This document shows positions 1-11,702 of a stretch of DNA of 64,000 nt, one piece after another. The stretch is from Squalus acanthias. Taxonomy: Eukaryota. Each line of letters starts with the position of its first letter. The first letter of the stretch is position 1. The notes beneath the pieces are model-generated. The model did no database searches. It was not told the DNA's origin and saw nothing but the letters and a program-made list of their open reading frames with translations. The stretch spans positions 129,148,001 to 129,212,000 of the forward strand of contig CM059432.1 in assembly GCA_030390025.1 (NCBI GenBank). The letters are read 5' to 3'. Position numbers and translations under genes: made by a program.

Positions 1-108
1 AAGAAAAGGCATACAATGTTGTGAAGATTAGTGGTAGGCCAGAGGATTGGGAATTTTTTAGAAACAGGAAAGGATGACGAAAAAAATTATAAAGAGGGAA
101 AAGACAGA

Positions 109-1000
109 GGGGGAAAAATTCAGTTGGTTGTGCCTCCCATTAGCGCCTTAAGAGGGCGCTAATGGGGCGCAAAGCAACTACCGCCCGGGCGCGGCGATGT
201 TTGCGCCGCTCGCAAAATTAACTAGACATTTTGCGGCGGCGCTAAACACTACCGCCACGATCTCCTGCGCCGGCAGATCGTGACGTCAGTCAAGTGCGCA
301 ACGCCCCGGTAGCGCCCTGGAGCGGATATTGAGTGGCGCCCCCTGCCTTACCGCCTGCCGCTAGCAACGACAGGTTGAGGGGAGCGTTTTGCAGTCAGGA
401 AGGGACTGGGGGAGCACTATTTAAAGGCGACCGCTTCCTGCCTTTTTTTGTTGGTGATATTTTTGAACCACACATTCTGAGAGAGAGAGAGAGAGACTTC
501 TGGAGAGATTCAACGCTGTGTGAAGGAGTTTTGGGTACTGAGCAGCACTTTGCAGGTTCATTTTGATTTGCCCTTCCTTGTATCGATTTAGAAGAGACTG
601 TGGGGTTGCACTCTGAGCTCTTTCCCTGGTTCTCTCCATTGTTCTTTCCAGCAGATTTGATGTACAGGTCTCTCCAGGCCGAGATTCAAGGCTGCAATGA
701 GCAGGATGTGGATGGAAAGCAAGATCAACCCACCCCTTTAAGAATTGGCTGGCGCCATTGTGTCTGTGTTCCATTGCTGACTGACATCACATGAGCTTCG
801 CCAGCGCTCTGAGTTAGTGCCTCGCTCCTCGGCCTTTGCGCCTTAAGACAGGTGTGTAGCGCCTGATTTAGTGCTCCAATCACCTCCAGGGGCGATAAAA
901 GTCAAGTTTGCAGTCAGAGGTGATAATTAGCGCCAGGCGCTAATCTTTGCGCCCGGCCGATAATTGCGCCCCAAACGGGGCGATACTGAATTTTTCCCCC
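109..1000 (+). mobile_element. Non-autonomous PIF/Harbinger element (internal-deletion derivative related to family A)
   Basis: Perfect 12-bp TIRs GGGGGAAAAATT...AATTTTTCCCCC. TSD AGA at 106-108 and 1001-1003. Left part resembles 7219-7660. Right part resembles 15320-15691, including a remnant Myb start (MERTRERAQ, minus strand). Confidence 0.92.
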
Positions 1001-1126
1001 AGAGTATGAGAGTAAACTAGCAAATAATATATAAAAAACAGTAAGATCTTCTACAGGTATATAAAAAGGAAGAGAGTAGCTAAAGTAAACGTTGGTCCCT
1101 TAGAGGATGAGACTGGGGAATTAATA

Positions 1127-2785
1127 ATGGGAAATAGAGAAATGGCAGAGACTCTAAACAATTATTTTGGATCGGTCTTCACGGTAGAAGACACTAAAAA
1201 CATCCCAATAATAATAGATAACCAAGGGGCTATAGGGAGGGAGCAACTTAAAACAATCTCTATCACTGGAGAAAAAGTACTAGGCAAACTAATGGGGCTA
1301 AATGCTGACAAGTCCCCTGGACCTGATGGCCTGCATCCTAGAGTCTTAAAAGAAGTGGCTGCAGAGATAGTGGATGCGTTGATTGTAATCTACCAAAATT
1401 CTCTGGACTCTGAAGAGGACCCAGCGGATTCGAAAACCGCAAATGTAACGCCCCTATTTAAGAAAGGAGGGAGACAGAAAGCAGGAAACTATAAGCCAGT
1501 TAGCCTTACATCTGTCATTGGGAAAATGCTGGAATCCATTATTAAGGAGGTAATAGCAGGACATTTAGAAAATCATAAGACAATCAAGCAGAGTCAACAT
1601 GGTTTTATGAAAGGGAAATTGTGTTTGACAAATTTGCTAGAGTTCTTTGAGGATGTAACAAACAGGGTGGATAAAGGGGAACCAGTAGATGTGGTGTATT
1701 TGGATTTCCAGAAGGCATTCGATAAGGTGCCACATAAAAGGTTACTGCACAAGATAAGAGCGCACGGGGTTGGGGGTAATATATTGGCATGGATAGGGGA
1801 TTGGCTAACTAATAGAAAACAGAGAGTCGGGATAAATGAGTCATTTTCCGGTTGGCAATCAGTAACTAATGGGGTGCCACAGGGATCAGTGCTGGGGCCT
1901 CAACTATTTACAATCTATATTAATGACTTGGATGAAGGGACCGAGCATACTGTAGCCAAATTTGCTAATGATACAAAGATAGGTGGATTAGCAAGTTGTG
2001 AGGAGGACACAAAGAGTCTGCAAAGGGATATAGATAGGTTAAGTGAGTGGGCAAAAAATTGGCAGATGGAGTATAATGTGGGAAAATGTGAGGTTATCCA
2101 CTTTGGAAGGAAGAATGAAAAAGTAAATTATTATTTAAATGGAGTGAGACTACAAAATGCTGTGGTACAGAGGGATCTGGGGGTCCTAGTACATGAAACA
2201 CAAAAAGTTAGCATGCAGGTACAGCAAGTAATTAGGAAGGCCTTTATTGCAAGAGGTATGGAGTATAAAAGTAGGGAAGTTTTGATGCAACTTTACAGGG
2301 CGCTGGTCAGACCGCACCTGGAGTACTGCGTATAGTTTTGGTCTCCATATTTAAGGAAGGATATACTTGCATTGGAGGCAGTGCAGAGAAGGTTCACGAG
2401 GTTGATTCCAGGGATGAAGGGGTTGACGTATGAGGAAAGGTTGAGCAGGTTGGGCCTATACTCATTGGAGTTTAGAAGAATGAGAGGTGATCTTATTGAA
2501 ACATATAAGATTCTGAGGGGAATTGACAGGGTGGATGCTGAGAGGATGTTTCCCCTCGTGGGGGTATCTAGAACTAGGGGGCATAGTTTCAGAATAAGGG
2601 GTCGCCCATTTAAGATGGAAATGAGGAGGAATTTCTTCTCTCAGAGCGCCGTGAATCTTTGGAATTCTCTACATCAGAGAGCTGTGAAGGCGGAGTCATT
2701 GAATATATTCAAAGAGGAGATTGACAGACATTTGAACTACAAGAGAGTCGAGGGGTATGGGGAGAGAGCGGGAAAGTGGTGTTGA
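1127..2785 (+). pseudogene. CR1 ORF2 reverse transcriptase, disabled
   Basis: In-frame stop at 2333-2335. Catalytic FADD reads FAND. Confidence 0.85.
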
Positions 2786-4721
2786 GGCCAAGATTGGATC
2801 AGCCAGGATCTTATAGAATGGTGGAGCAGGCAGAAGGGGCCGATTGGCCAACTCCTGCTCCTGTTTCTTATGTTCTTATGTTATTATGAAATTCTTTTCT
2901 CCACTCTGTTAATGATGGTGTTACCCAATTATTTTAAATGGGTTAACTTATTCATGAAAATAGAGTACAGAGGAATTTTATCCAAACGTGTTAAATAGGG
3001 TATCACACTAGACCAGTGTGATAAATTGGTATAGAAATGATCATTAGTCAGGATAGCACCCTATTAATTTTATCTTTAAAAATATCACTTAGTAAATCAA
3101 AGAATTTGTCTTTGGTTCCTTTGAGAAAGGCAATTGCACCCTTTTAGCAAATAAAAATAAAAAGTACTTTCACAGCTCCGCGTAATTCACTCTCTACTTT
3201 ACACCACTCAACCATTCAAAATGTACTGAGAATTATTAATGCATGTTGTATCACAAAAAGTACCTGTGAATTTTAAAAGCTGCAAGAGATGCTAAATTAT
3301 TTAAAGCACTAGGCTGAATCTGAATGGATGCCCAATATTTAATGCAGCTGGTAATTTGCTATGAGTTATAACAAACCAAAGTAATCATTTTATATAAGAA
3401 CGTAAGGAACGTCATGGTTGAGGAAAGGCCATTCAGTCCTTCAGGGCTCAGGTTCTATATCTCCTATTGTTGCTGTGATGAAACTTAGGAGCCCACCTAT
3501 TTCTATTGATCTCCAACTTCTAATATTAATTTTAGGTCTAATAATGCAACAATTGAAAAAGTGGTTTCTGTTACTTCTTACTGACATGGCGCGAGTCTGT
3601 CTTTGTGTGTAGGTGAAATAGACATCATGTTGCCTAGGTTGGGACTCCAGTAATCATGGACCCATGGCTATCCACTTAATGTAACATTTGAACAGACAGT
3701 GGTTTCTTCCCTGATAACTCTAGTTACATTGAGGAATTGTGTATGATGTTGGATTGTGTTGGAAAGATGGTTTCTCACGTTATTGTCAACAAAATGATGC
3801 CAGAGTCTGCAAGATGTAGGGCCAGATGCTTTGTTTGATAGGTCAACCAACAATCGCTTATACTTGTCAAGGAATTAATTGGAGGTGTGGCCTGGAGTTC
3901 AGTTTATCTGGTGCCATGGTATTGGTGTGTTTGACTCTGGTTGTTATTAACAGCCCTACACCTCAAAGGCAGCTTTGATACTTCTGAAATCCATTTTTCA
4001 TTGACAGTATTTATGAATTGCACTAGTTTGGACATCAAAAGAAAAGAGATATAACCAGGCAGAATAAGCATTGAGGCTTTCATGAGGGACTTCCTGGGTT
4101 TATTTTTTGTTTAAAGCTTTTTGTCACTGATTTAAAATTGAAGGTTACTGAATAAGAACTGCTAAGACAATGGGATTGTTACTGCCTTAGGACAGATGAT
4201 ATAAAGTTATAAGAAGTATTGTAATCTATTTTATCTGTTAATTTGCTGTTGTCTCTATAATCTTACTTCTTTATAAACCTAGTTAGAAGCTTAGCCTGAA
4301 CTGCAAGATTTCGTCAGTGTCATCTTTTTCTGCCAGATCAAAGAGATCCGGGTGTATGATGGCTTCTTGTACTATTTCCGGTGTATACCCTAACAATATA
4401 AGGATCACTATTTGCCCTGTGGCCTTTTATCCAAGATATTTCAAGCATAATATTGTTTTGTTTCAAAGGAAGTAAGGGCTTGCCTATGGAAGCTGGCTAT
4501 TGGGAAATCTTGACTAAAGAGCACTAGGAAGTAGTCTAAATTGTTACAGTGGCAGCTAATTGTATTTTGAATAATACCAATGTTTTGTGTTGATTGGCAA
4601 ATGATTCCAAGTATTTATCATTCTTTGAGTAGTGAAGGTTTTCCTGATATCTGTTTTAAACTTACTCATTTCCACTTATGCCCTTTAGTCTAGTTCTCCG
4701 GAAGCATTTGAAAAAATAATA

Positions 4722-4885
4722 GGGGAGAATTTCCGAAGGGGAATCTTCCTCTTCCCCACAGTAACTTTGGCAGAAACCCCGTGATATTGCATAAACGGCA
4801 ATTTACACTGTTTCGCCGGGGATTCAGCTGATCTTCCCACAAAGTTTTGTCAGAGGATCAGGAGAACCCCCCACAGAAATTCCAG
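4722..4885. mobile_element. Degenerate short palindromic MITE, possibly Harbinger-derived
   Basis: Ends GGGGAGAATTTCC / AAATTCCAG with imperfect internal inverted symmetry. A similar end occurs at about 48487. Confidence 0.35.
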
Positions 4886-4912
4886 ATGAACAAGTTTAGC
4901 TTATTCTAAGGG

Positions 4913-5083
4913 GTGCCGTGTGTGTGTGCTCATGTGTGTATGTGCATGTATGTGCGTGGGTGTTTATGTGTGTATGTGCACCCATGTGTGTGTACACGCA
5001 CGTGCATGTATGTGTGTGCACCCGTGTGCATGCGTGTGCGAGTGTATGTGCGTGGGTGTGTACGCGTGCATGCGCGTGTGAGC
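4913..5083. repeat. Imperfect (TG)n/(RY)n microsatellite
   Basis: About 170 bp of alternating purine-pyrimidine sequence. Confidence 0.95.
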
Positions 5084-5934
5084 GTTTCTTTTATAGAGGA
5101 ATATGTTGATAGAGTTAGGGGGATACTCTTTGCTTTGCACCCACTCTATAACTGTTTTGAGCCTGTGTTCTCTGGTTATCGATTTAAACAAAACCAGTTA
5201 CATTACTGAATCAACAACTAGGTAGAATACAATGATCCCAGAACACTCAAACAACATTATCAATCTGTTGGACATTACACTTACATATACAATTCAAAAT
5301 ATTTGATTCTTTAACTAGGTTCTCCCTTATTGCTAGACTGCCAAGCTTTTCAACTTTCCTCCTAGCTCATCCCTTACAATGCAGATACAGATTCGCTGTT
5401 GTTTTCTGTACCCTTTTTAACACAATTATATATACATTTTGTGGGAGGTATGGTGACTGAACTGTACATCGTAAAAGCTTAGCATAATTTATAGAGATTT
5501 AGTACTGTCCTGGTTATATACCCTAGAATTCCAGTGACTGCTTCATTACATTAACTGGGCATTGAAAGTGACTTGCTTCGTATTATTCCCAGGCCCGTTA
5601 CTCTGTCTCCCTTTGCTAATTCAGTTCCTTTAATTATATACTGAAGCCCCACGTATTTTGACTGATGTAAATGCTTTACATTTATTAATGTTTAATTTCA
5701 TTTACCATGTGCCTGCCCAGCAGCATTACTGTAAATCCTCTGTAAATGTTTCGTTATGTGTTCTGTTATTTACTGCTTTCTATATTCTTGTGTTGTCAGC
5801 AAATTTGACCAATTTACGATTAGTTTGTGGTGTTCAAGAAATGTACATAGATTAGTAACAATAGAATCCAAGCAGTTCGATCAACTCTCCCTGCAGTATC
5901 TGAACTTTATACCTCATGAGTACTTGCCGAAAGT

Positions 5935-6247
5935 TCTGGGTGCAAGCCCACTTCAGAGACTTGAACACATAATCTAGGCTGACACTCCACTGCAGTGCTG
6001 AGGGAGCGCTGCACTGTCGGAGGTGCCGTCTTTTGGATGAGACGCTAAACCGAGGCCCTGTCTGCTCTCATAGATGGACATAAAAGATCCCATGGCACTA
6101 TTTCGAAGAGGAGCAGGCAAATTCTCCCGATGTCCTGGCCAACATTTATCCCTCAGCCAACACTGAAATCAGATAATCTGGTCATTTATTTCATTGATGT
6201 TTGTGGGAGCTTGCTGTGCACAGATTGGCTGCCACGTTTCCTACATT
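5935..6247 (+). mobile_element. Deu-domain SINE (SacSINE1/AmnSINE-like), 5' part; 3' part resumes at 16228-16320
   Basis: Core GGATGAGACGCTAAACCGAGGCCC...AAAAGATCCCATGGCACTA is shared with copies at 26150, 42345 and 63000. TTTCCTACATT|ACAACAGTGACT is split by the CR1. Confidence 0.8.
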
Positions 6248-7390
6248 GGCTGTCATTTTCCAAAATTCCATAGATTCTGGAACGGTTCCCGTGGATTGGA
6301 AGATAGCAAATGTAACCCCACTATTTAAGAAAGGAGGGAGAGAGAAAATGGGGAACTACAGACCAGTTAGCCTGACATCAGTAGTAGGGAAAATGCTAGA
6401 ATCTATTGTTAAGGACGTGGTAACAGGGCACTTAGAAAATAATAGGATTGGGCAGAGTCAACAGGGATTTATGAAAGGGAAATTGTGTTTGACAAATCTG
6501 TTGGAGTTTTTGAGGTTGTAACTAACAGAATAGATAAGGGGGGATCAGTGGATGTGGTGTATTTGGATTTTCAGAAGGCATATGATAAGGTGCCACACAA
6601 GAGGTTCTTAAACAAAATGAGGGCTCATGGGATTGGGGGTAATATACTAGTATGGATTGAGGATTGGTTAATGGACAGAAAACAGAGAGTAGGAATAAAC
6701 GGGTCATTTTCAGGTTGGCAGGCTCTAACTAGTGGGGTACCGCAAGGATCAGTGCTTGGGCCTCAGCTATTCACAATCTACATTAATGATTTGGATGAGG
6801 GGACCAAATGTAATATATCCAAGTTTGCTGATGATACAAAGCTGGGTGGGAATGTAAGTTGTGAGGAGGATGCAAGGAGGCTTCAAGGGGATATAGACAG
6901 GCTAAGAGAATGGGCAAGAACATGGCAAATGGAATATAATGTGGAGAAATGTGAAGTTATCCACTTTGGTAGGAAAAATAGAAAAGCAGAGTATTTTTTA
7001 AATGGTGAAAGATTGGGAAATGTTGGTGTTCAGAGGGACCTGGGTGGCCGTGTACACGATTCACTGAAAGTTAACATGCAGGTACAGCAAGCAATTAGGA
7101 AAGCAAATGGTATGTTGGCATTTATTACAAGAGGATTTGAGTATAAGAGTAAAGACATCTTACTGCAATTATATAGGGCCCTAGTGAGACCACACCTGGA
7201 GTATTGTGTAGAGTTTTGGGGGGAAAAATTCAGTTGGTTGCGCCTCCCGTTAGTGCCTTAAGAGGGCGCTAATGGGGCGCAAAGCCACTAGCGCCCGGGC
7301 GCAGTGATGTTTGCGCCGCTCGGGAACTTAACTAGACATTGTGCGGCGGCACTAAACTTTACCGCAGCGACCACCTGCGCGCGCAGATTG

Positions 7391-7535
7391 TGACGTCATT
7401 CCATGGTGCAACGCCCATGTGGCGCCCCGGAGCGGAAATTGAGTGGCGCCCCCTGCCTTACCGCCTGGCGCATCCAACGACTGGAAGACTGGAATGCTAT
7501 CAATTGCTGTGGGGCTGGGGGGGGCGCTATTTAAA
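7391..7535 (+). promoter_or_regulatory. Putative transposase promoter: CRE palindrome TGACGTCA (7391-7398) and TATA-like TATTTAAA (7528-7535)
   Basis: Both motifs recur at equivalent places in related copies (281-288 and 418-425; 13195-13202 and 13058-13065). Confidence 0.5.
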
Positions 7536-7729
7536 GGGGGCCTCTTCCTGTCTTTCTCTGTGGTTGACATTTTTGCACCACTCGTTCTGAGAGAGAGAGA
7601 GAGATTCGGAGAGAGAGAAAGAGAGACTTCTGCATTGAGTCAACGCTTTGTGAGGTAGTTTTGCCTACTGATCCTAACTTCGCTGGTACTTTGGTTGCTG
7701 TCCTTCATAACTTTGCTTGCAAAGAGACT

Positions 7730-8890
7730 ATGGGGGCTGCACTGAATGGGGGCGTTGTCCTGCTCCAGCTGAATCGGAGGACACAGAGACGCAGAGAGAG
7801 AGTGGCAATGATGGCCAGACGGAGGAGGGCCAACAGGCGTCTGTACAGGAGAGCTTACCCTCCCAGGGTATATCGTGAACAGCTCTCCTACATTCATATG
7901 TCTGAGGAGCTGTGTTTGCGAAGGCTGCGATTCAGCAAGGAGGTGGTCACTGAGCTCTGCCACCTGCTGCAGCCAGATCTGCAGCCTCAACTGAGGTCCA
8001 GGACGTCTCTGACGGTGGCAGTGAAGGTCACAGTGGCTCTCAACTTCTATGCTACTGGCTCATTTCAAGCTGCTGCTGGGGACCTCGCCAATATCTCCCA
8101 GTTCGCGGTGCATTGCTGCATCCGGCAGGTCACAAATGCCCTCTTTAAAAGGAGACGAGAGTTCATCTCTTTCCCCATGACCCTAGACAAGCAGCGTGAC
8201 CGCGCTCTGGGCTTTGCGAGGATAGCGGGCTTCCCCATGGTGCAGGGCGCCATTGACTGCACGCATGTGGCTTTGCGTGCTCCGCATGAGAATGCCGAGG
8301 ATTTCCGGAACAGAAAGGGGTTCCATTCCTTGAATGTTCAGTTGGTCTGTGACCACAGACAGCTGATACTCGCTGTCAATGCCCACTATCCTGGCAGCTG
8401 CCACGATGCTTTCATCCTGCACCAGACTACTGTGGCAGAACTTTTCGAGGCACCGCATCAGCCAGTTGGTTGGCTTCTCGGGGACAAGGGGTACGCATTG
8501 AACACCTGGCTGATGACACCGCTCCGTACGCCCAACACCCCTGCTGAGCTGCGGTACAACGAGAGCCATCAAGCTACCGGGAACATCATTGAGCGCACAA
8601 TCGGCGTGCTGAAGCAACGGTTCCGCTGTCTCGACCATTCTGGAGGAGCCCTGCAGTACTCGCCTGAGCGAGTATCCAACTTCGTAGTTGTGTGCTGCAT
8701 GTTGCATAACATGGCAATCGTCAGGACCCAGCCAATGCCACAAGGCCTTGGAGCACCACCAGAGGAGGAGGAGGAAGAGGAGGAAGAGGACGAGGAGGAT
8801 GATCATCAGCAGCACCAAGGCGGGTGGGCGGCCCACAATGGTGAAACTGCAAGGGCCGTCCGTCAACGGCTGATAGCAAGCCGCTTCTAG
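7730..8890 (+). CDS. Harbinger DDE transposase (HARBI1-like family), 386 aa, open frame
   Basis: ATG at 7730. Catalytic motifs GAIDCTH, LLGDKGY and NIIERTIGVLKQRFRCL. Also [19 protein letters not shown] and an acidic C-terminal tract. Confidence 0.93.
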   Translation: MGAALNGGVVLLQLNRRTQRRRERVAMMARRRRANRRLYRRAYPPRVYREQLSYIHMSEELCLRRLRFSKEVVTELCHLLQPDLQPQLRSRTSLTVAVKVTVALNFYATGSFQAAAGDLANISQFAVHCCIRQVTNALFKRRREFISFPMTLDKQRDRALGFARIAGFPMVQGAIDCTHVALRAPHENAEDFRNRKGFHSLNVQLVCDHRQLILAVNAHYPGSCHDAFILHQTTVAELFEAPHQPVGWLLGDKGYALNTWLMTPLRTPNTPAELRYNESHQATGNIIERTIGVLKQRFRCLDHSGGALQYSPERVSNFVVVCCMLHNMAIVRTQPMPQGLGAPPEEEEEEEEEDEEDDHQQHQGGWAAHNGETARAVRQRLIASRF

Positions 8891-9423
8891 GGCCCCTGCT
8901 GTGGAAATGGCTTCTGCCATTGCTAACAACATCAATGAACCCAGCACGCAACCCCTAAGCCGGCCAAGGCACCAATGATTCCAAACACCAAACATGTACA
9001 TTTTGAATACAAAAACTTATTTATTTTACAAACTCTGTGTGTGTCATTTCCTCATGACAAACTCATAGGGGTAGAAATTAGGTCGCGCCCCATTTGGGGC
9101 GCAAATATCGTCCAGACGCAAATATTAGCGCCTGGCGCTAATTATCGGCACTGACAGGAAACTTCACTTTTACCGCCCCGGGAGGTGAGTGGAGCGCTAA
9201 AGCAGGCGCTGCACACCTCTCTTAAGGCGCAAAGGCCAAGGAGTGAGGCGCTAACTCAGCGCGCGAGCGCAGCGCAGCTGCTGCCAGTTAGCGAGGGAAC
9301 ACAGACACACTGGCGCTGGACACTTCTTAAAGCGGGGGGGCCACTTGCTCCCCAGCCACACCCTGTTCATTGCAGCCTTGAATCTCAGCCTGGAGAGACC
9401 TGTAATCCATTTTGCTGCCAAGC

Positions 9424-11408
9424 ATGGAGAGGGTGAGAGAACGCGCTCATCGCTTCACCGAGCGGGCCTTGGATGCTCTGGTTGACGCAGTGGAGCGCAG
9501 ACGATGTATGCTGTTCCCTGAGAGTGGCAGGAGGCCTTTGCCACGCGAGTTCAGAAGAGTGTGGAGGGAGGTGGCTCAGAGCGTCTCCTCCAGGAGCATG
9601 GTGCCCAGGACCCATACTCAATGCCGCAAAAAGTTCAACGACCTCACTCGGGTCATCAGGGTGAGTGGCTTTTTCTCAATACCTCTCCATCCCTCCATCT
9701 CAACCTCACTCTATGGCCAGAGGGTCTTAAAACCCCAATGCACAACACTCATCCAACACCTATGGCCCTTTCATCAAACACACACACACATTCCACACTT
9801 TGCATACAGTAAGGGCTATTCACCTATGGGAGGCACATCAGGCAAGACCATGGCTGCATACAGTAAGGGCTATTCACCTATGGGAGGCACATCAGGCAAG
9901 ACCATGGCTGCATATTGTAAGGGCTATTCACCTATGGGAGGCACATCAGGCAAGACCATGGCTGCATATTGTAAGGGCTATTCACCTATGGGAGGCACAT
10001 CAGGCAAGACCATGGCTGCATATTGTAAGGGCTATTCACCTATGGGAGGCACATCAGGCAAGACCATGGCTGCATATTTACTCAGATGCTGTCCTTTTTC
10101 TTGCAGGCTAAGCTGGCTCATAATAGGAGACAGCAGCAACGGACAGGTGGAGGGCGGCTTCAGCTGCAACCCCTCAGCGATCTGGTGGAGCGCGTCCACA
10201 GGATTGTGGCAAGCCGGGTGATCGGTCCCGTCGTCACTGGAGACGCCGACCCCGTTCTGGACAGCAATGGTAAGGTCATCACCTTTTTGTCCTCTGTCCT
10301 TCCACTTGTCCCTCACAACACCAGCCTTTGACACTTTCAATCCAACTTGCTAACTCGCTGCACTTATTCCTCCCTTACTGCCACCCTGTCCTCACGCTAA
10401 AGCCACTCTTGTACCTCCCTGCTTTCAGATGGTGATTCACCAGCTGAGGAGACGGGCCCTGAAGCTGCCACTGGGAGTGATGCTGCAGCTGAGGAGGAAG
10501 AGGAAGCCAGAGCATCAGTGCCACCCTCTCCCGAGGAAGCCCATGCCCACACTGGGAACACGCCTTCCCCGGAGGGGAGCAGGGGGGAAGGGGCTGATGA
10601 TGGTGAAGCTCCAGGACCCAGCGGGCTGCAGCAACGCCATGGGGTGGGTAGGGAAGAACGGGGGCCTTCTCCCCAGAGGGAGAGTATGCCAGACACTCCT
10701 ACTGCAATGGACGCAGAGGAGGAGCGGCTGATTGCAGAAATGAACACCCAGGCGGTGTGCATGCACACTGAGCTCATGGGTGCAGTGGGAAGGGTGCCCG
10801 ATTGCATTGAGTCACTGGCAAGGAGTGTGGAGCACTTCGCTGTAGCACAGGCGGATGCCACACTAACGCTTAGTGCTGCAATTCAGTCACTGGCTGCCGT
10901 GATCCCACCTCTGACTGCTCTCATACAGACTCAGATGGAGGCCACGCGAGCACAGACTGCTGCCAACCTCGATGGTTCGTGCACATGTCCCCGGGGCTGT
11001 CACCGCGCCGCAGCAGGCCAGCAATCTGTTCTCCGGCAGATTGCTCCGGATGCTGAAGTGCTGCCCCGTGGGAGTGCCAGTGTGTCGGGCGAGCAGGGAG
11101 TTGCTGGCCTCTCTCACGATGACAGCATTCCTGCTGCCAACACTGTCACTTCTCCACTGCACTTGCCACCGCCTGTAGGACAGACTGCTGCCACCCATGC
11201 AGAGTTGGTGCAGTCTGCAGCCGGGCCCTCCAGGCCCAGAAGTGGTCGAGGCCGTCCTTCAGGGGCATCTGCAGTGTCAGGGTCTGACGAGCAGCAGCCT
11301 TCCACCAGCCTTGCTGCAGCCACTGAGGTCCCATTACGGAGGAGCAGTAGGGTTAGAAGGGGGGAAGTGCGCAAGGGAAGGAGATCACCCTCGAAGGGCA
11401 AAAAGTAG
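9424..11408 (+). CDS. Harbinger Myb/SANT-like DNA-binding partner, 3 exons (9424-9660, 10107-10269, 10429-11408), 459 aa, open
   Basis: Trihelix RFTERALDALVDAVE...W.EVA..V......RT..QCRKKFNDL. GT-AG introns (GTGAGT/TTGCAG; GTAAGG/TTTCAG) with consistent phases 0 and 1. Basic C-terminus. Confidence 0.88.
9801..10076 (+). repeat. 54-bp tandem repeat, 5 copies, in Myb intron 1
   Basis: Unit TGCATAYWGTAAGGGCTATTCACCTATGGGAGGCACATCAGGCAAGACCATGGC. The outer element has 2 copies (about 14847-14954). Confidence 0.95.
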
Positions 11409-11702
11409 GAGGTGTGACAAAATGCTGGTCATTTTTTTATTAAAGGCCGAGGTTCATGGTCCAACTTTTGTTTAGTGTTTTGGACATTATCTCCAGGTTG
11501 TGAGAACCAGTTATGTTATTGACTGTTTTTTTGTGTTTATTTCTATGAGTTTGTCATGAGGAATTGACACACACAGAGTTTGTAAAATAAATAAGTTTCT
11601 GTATTCAAAATATACATGGCTGGTGGTTGGAATTATTGGTGCCTTGGCCGGCTTAGGGGTTGCGTGCTGGGTTGATTAGTGTTTGTAGCAATGGCAGGGG
11701 CC

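Larger units (their letters stand above)
1..2886 (+). mobile_element. CR1-type LINE, ORF2 3' part plus 3' UTR (interrupted by the Harbinger derivative at 109-1000)
   Basis: RT motifs in ORFs 1127-2335 and 2372-2785 ([37 protein letters not shown] for FADD). Ends in the CR1 tail TTTCTTATGTTCTTATG near 2864-2886. Confidence 0.93.

Noticed and set aside
3600..4700. Host exons or an ancient RT relic
   Set aside because: The acceptor-like site near 4337 leads to an early stop, and minus-strand RT-like hints are too degraded to support a call.
4913..5209. Cys/Val-rich ORFs
   Set aside because: Translations of a TG microsatellite.
7730..8890. Host domesticated gene HARBI1 (or NAIF1/MSANTD for the Myb ORFs)
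   Set aside because: The ORFs lie inside TIR/TSD-bounded multi-copy elements nested in a CR1, so they are transposon genes.
8183..9001. 272-aa antisense ORF (and 11727-12533)
   Set aside because: Shadow ORFs opposite the GC-rich transposase. The hydrophobic run is just the reverse of the poly-Glu codons.
9801..10076. CRISPR-like array
   Set aside because: Head-to-tail identical units with no unique spacers, in a eukaryotic intron.
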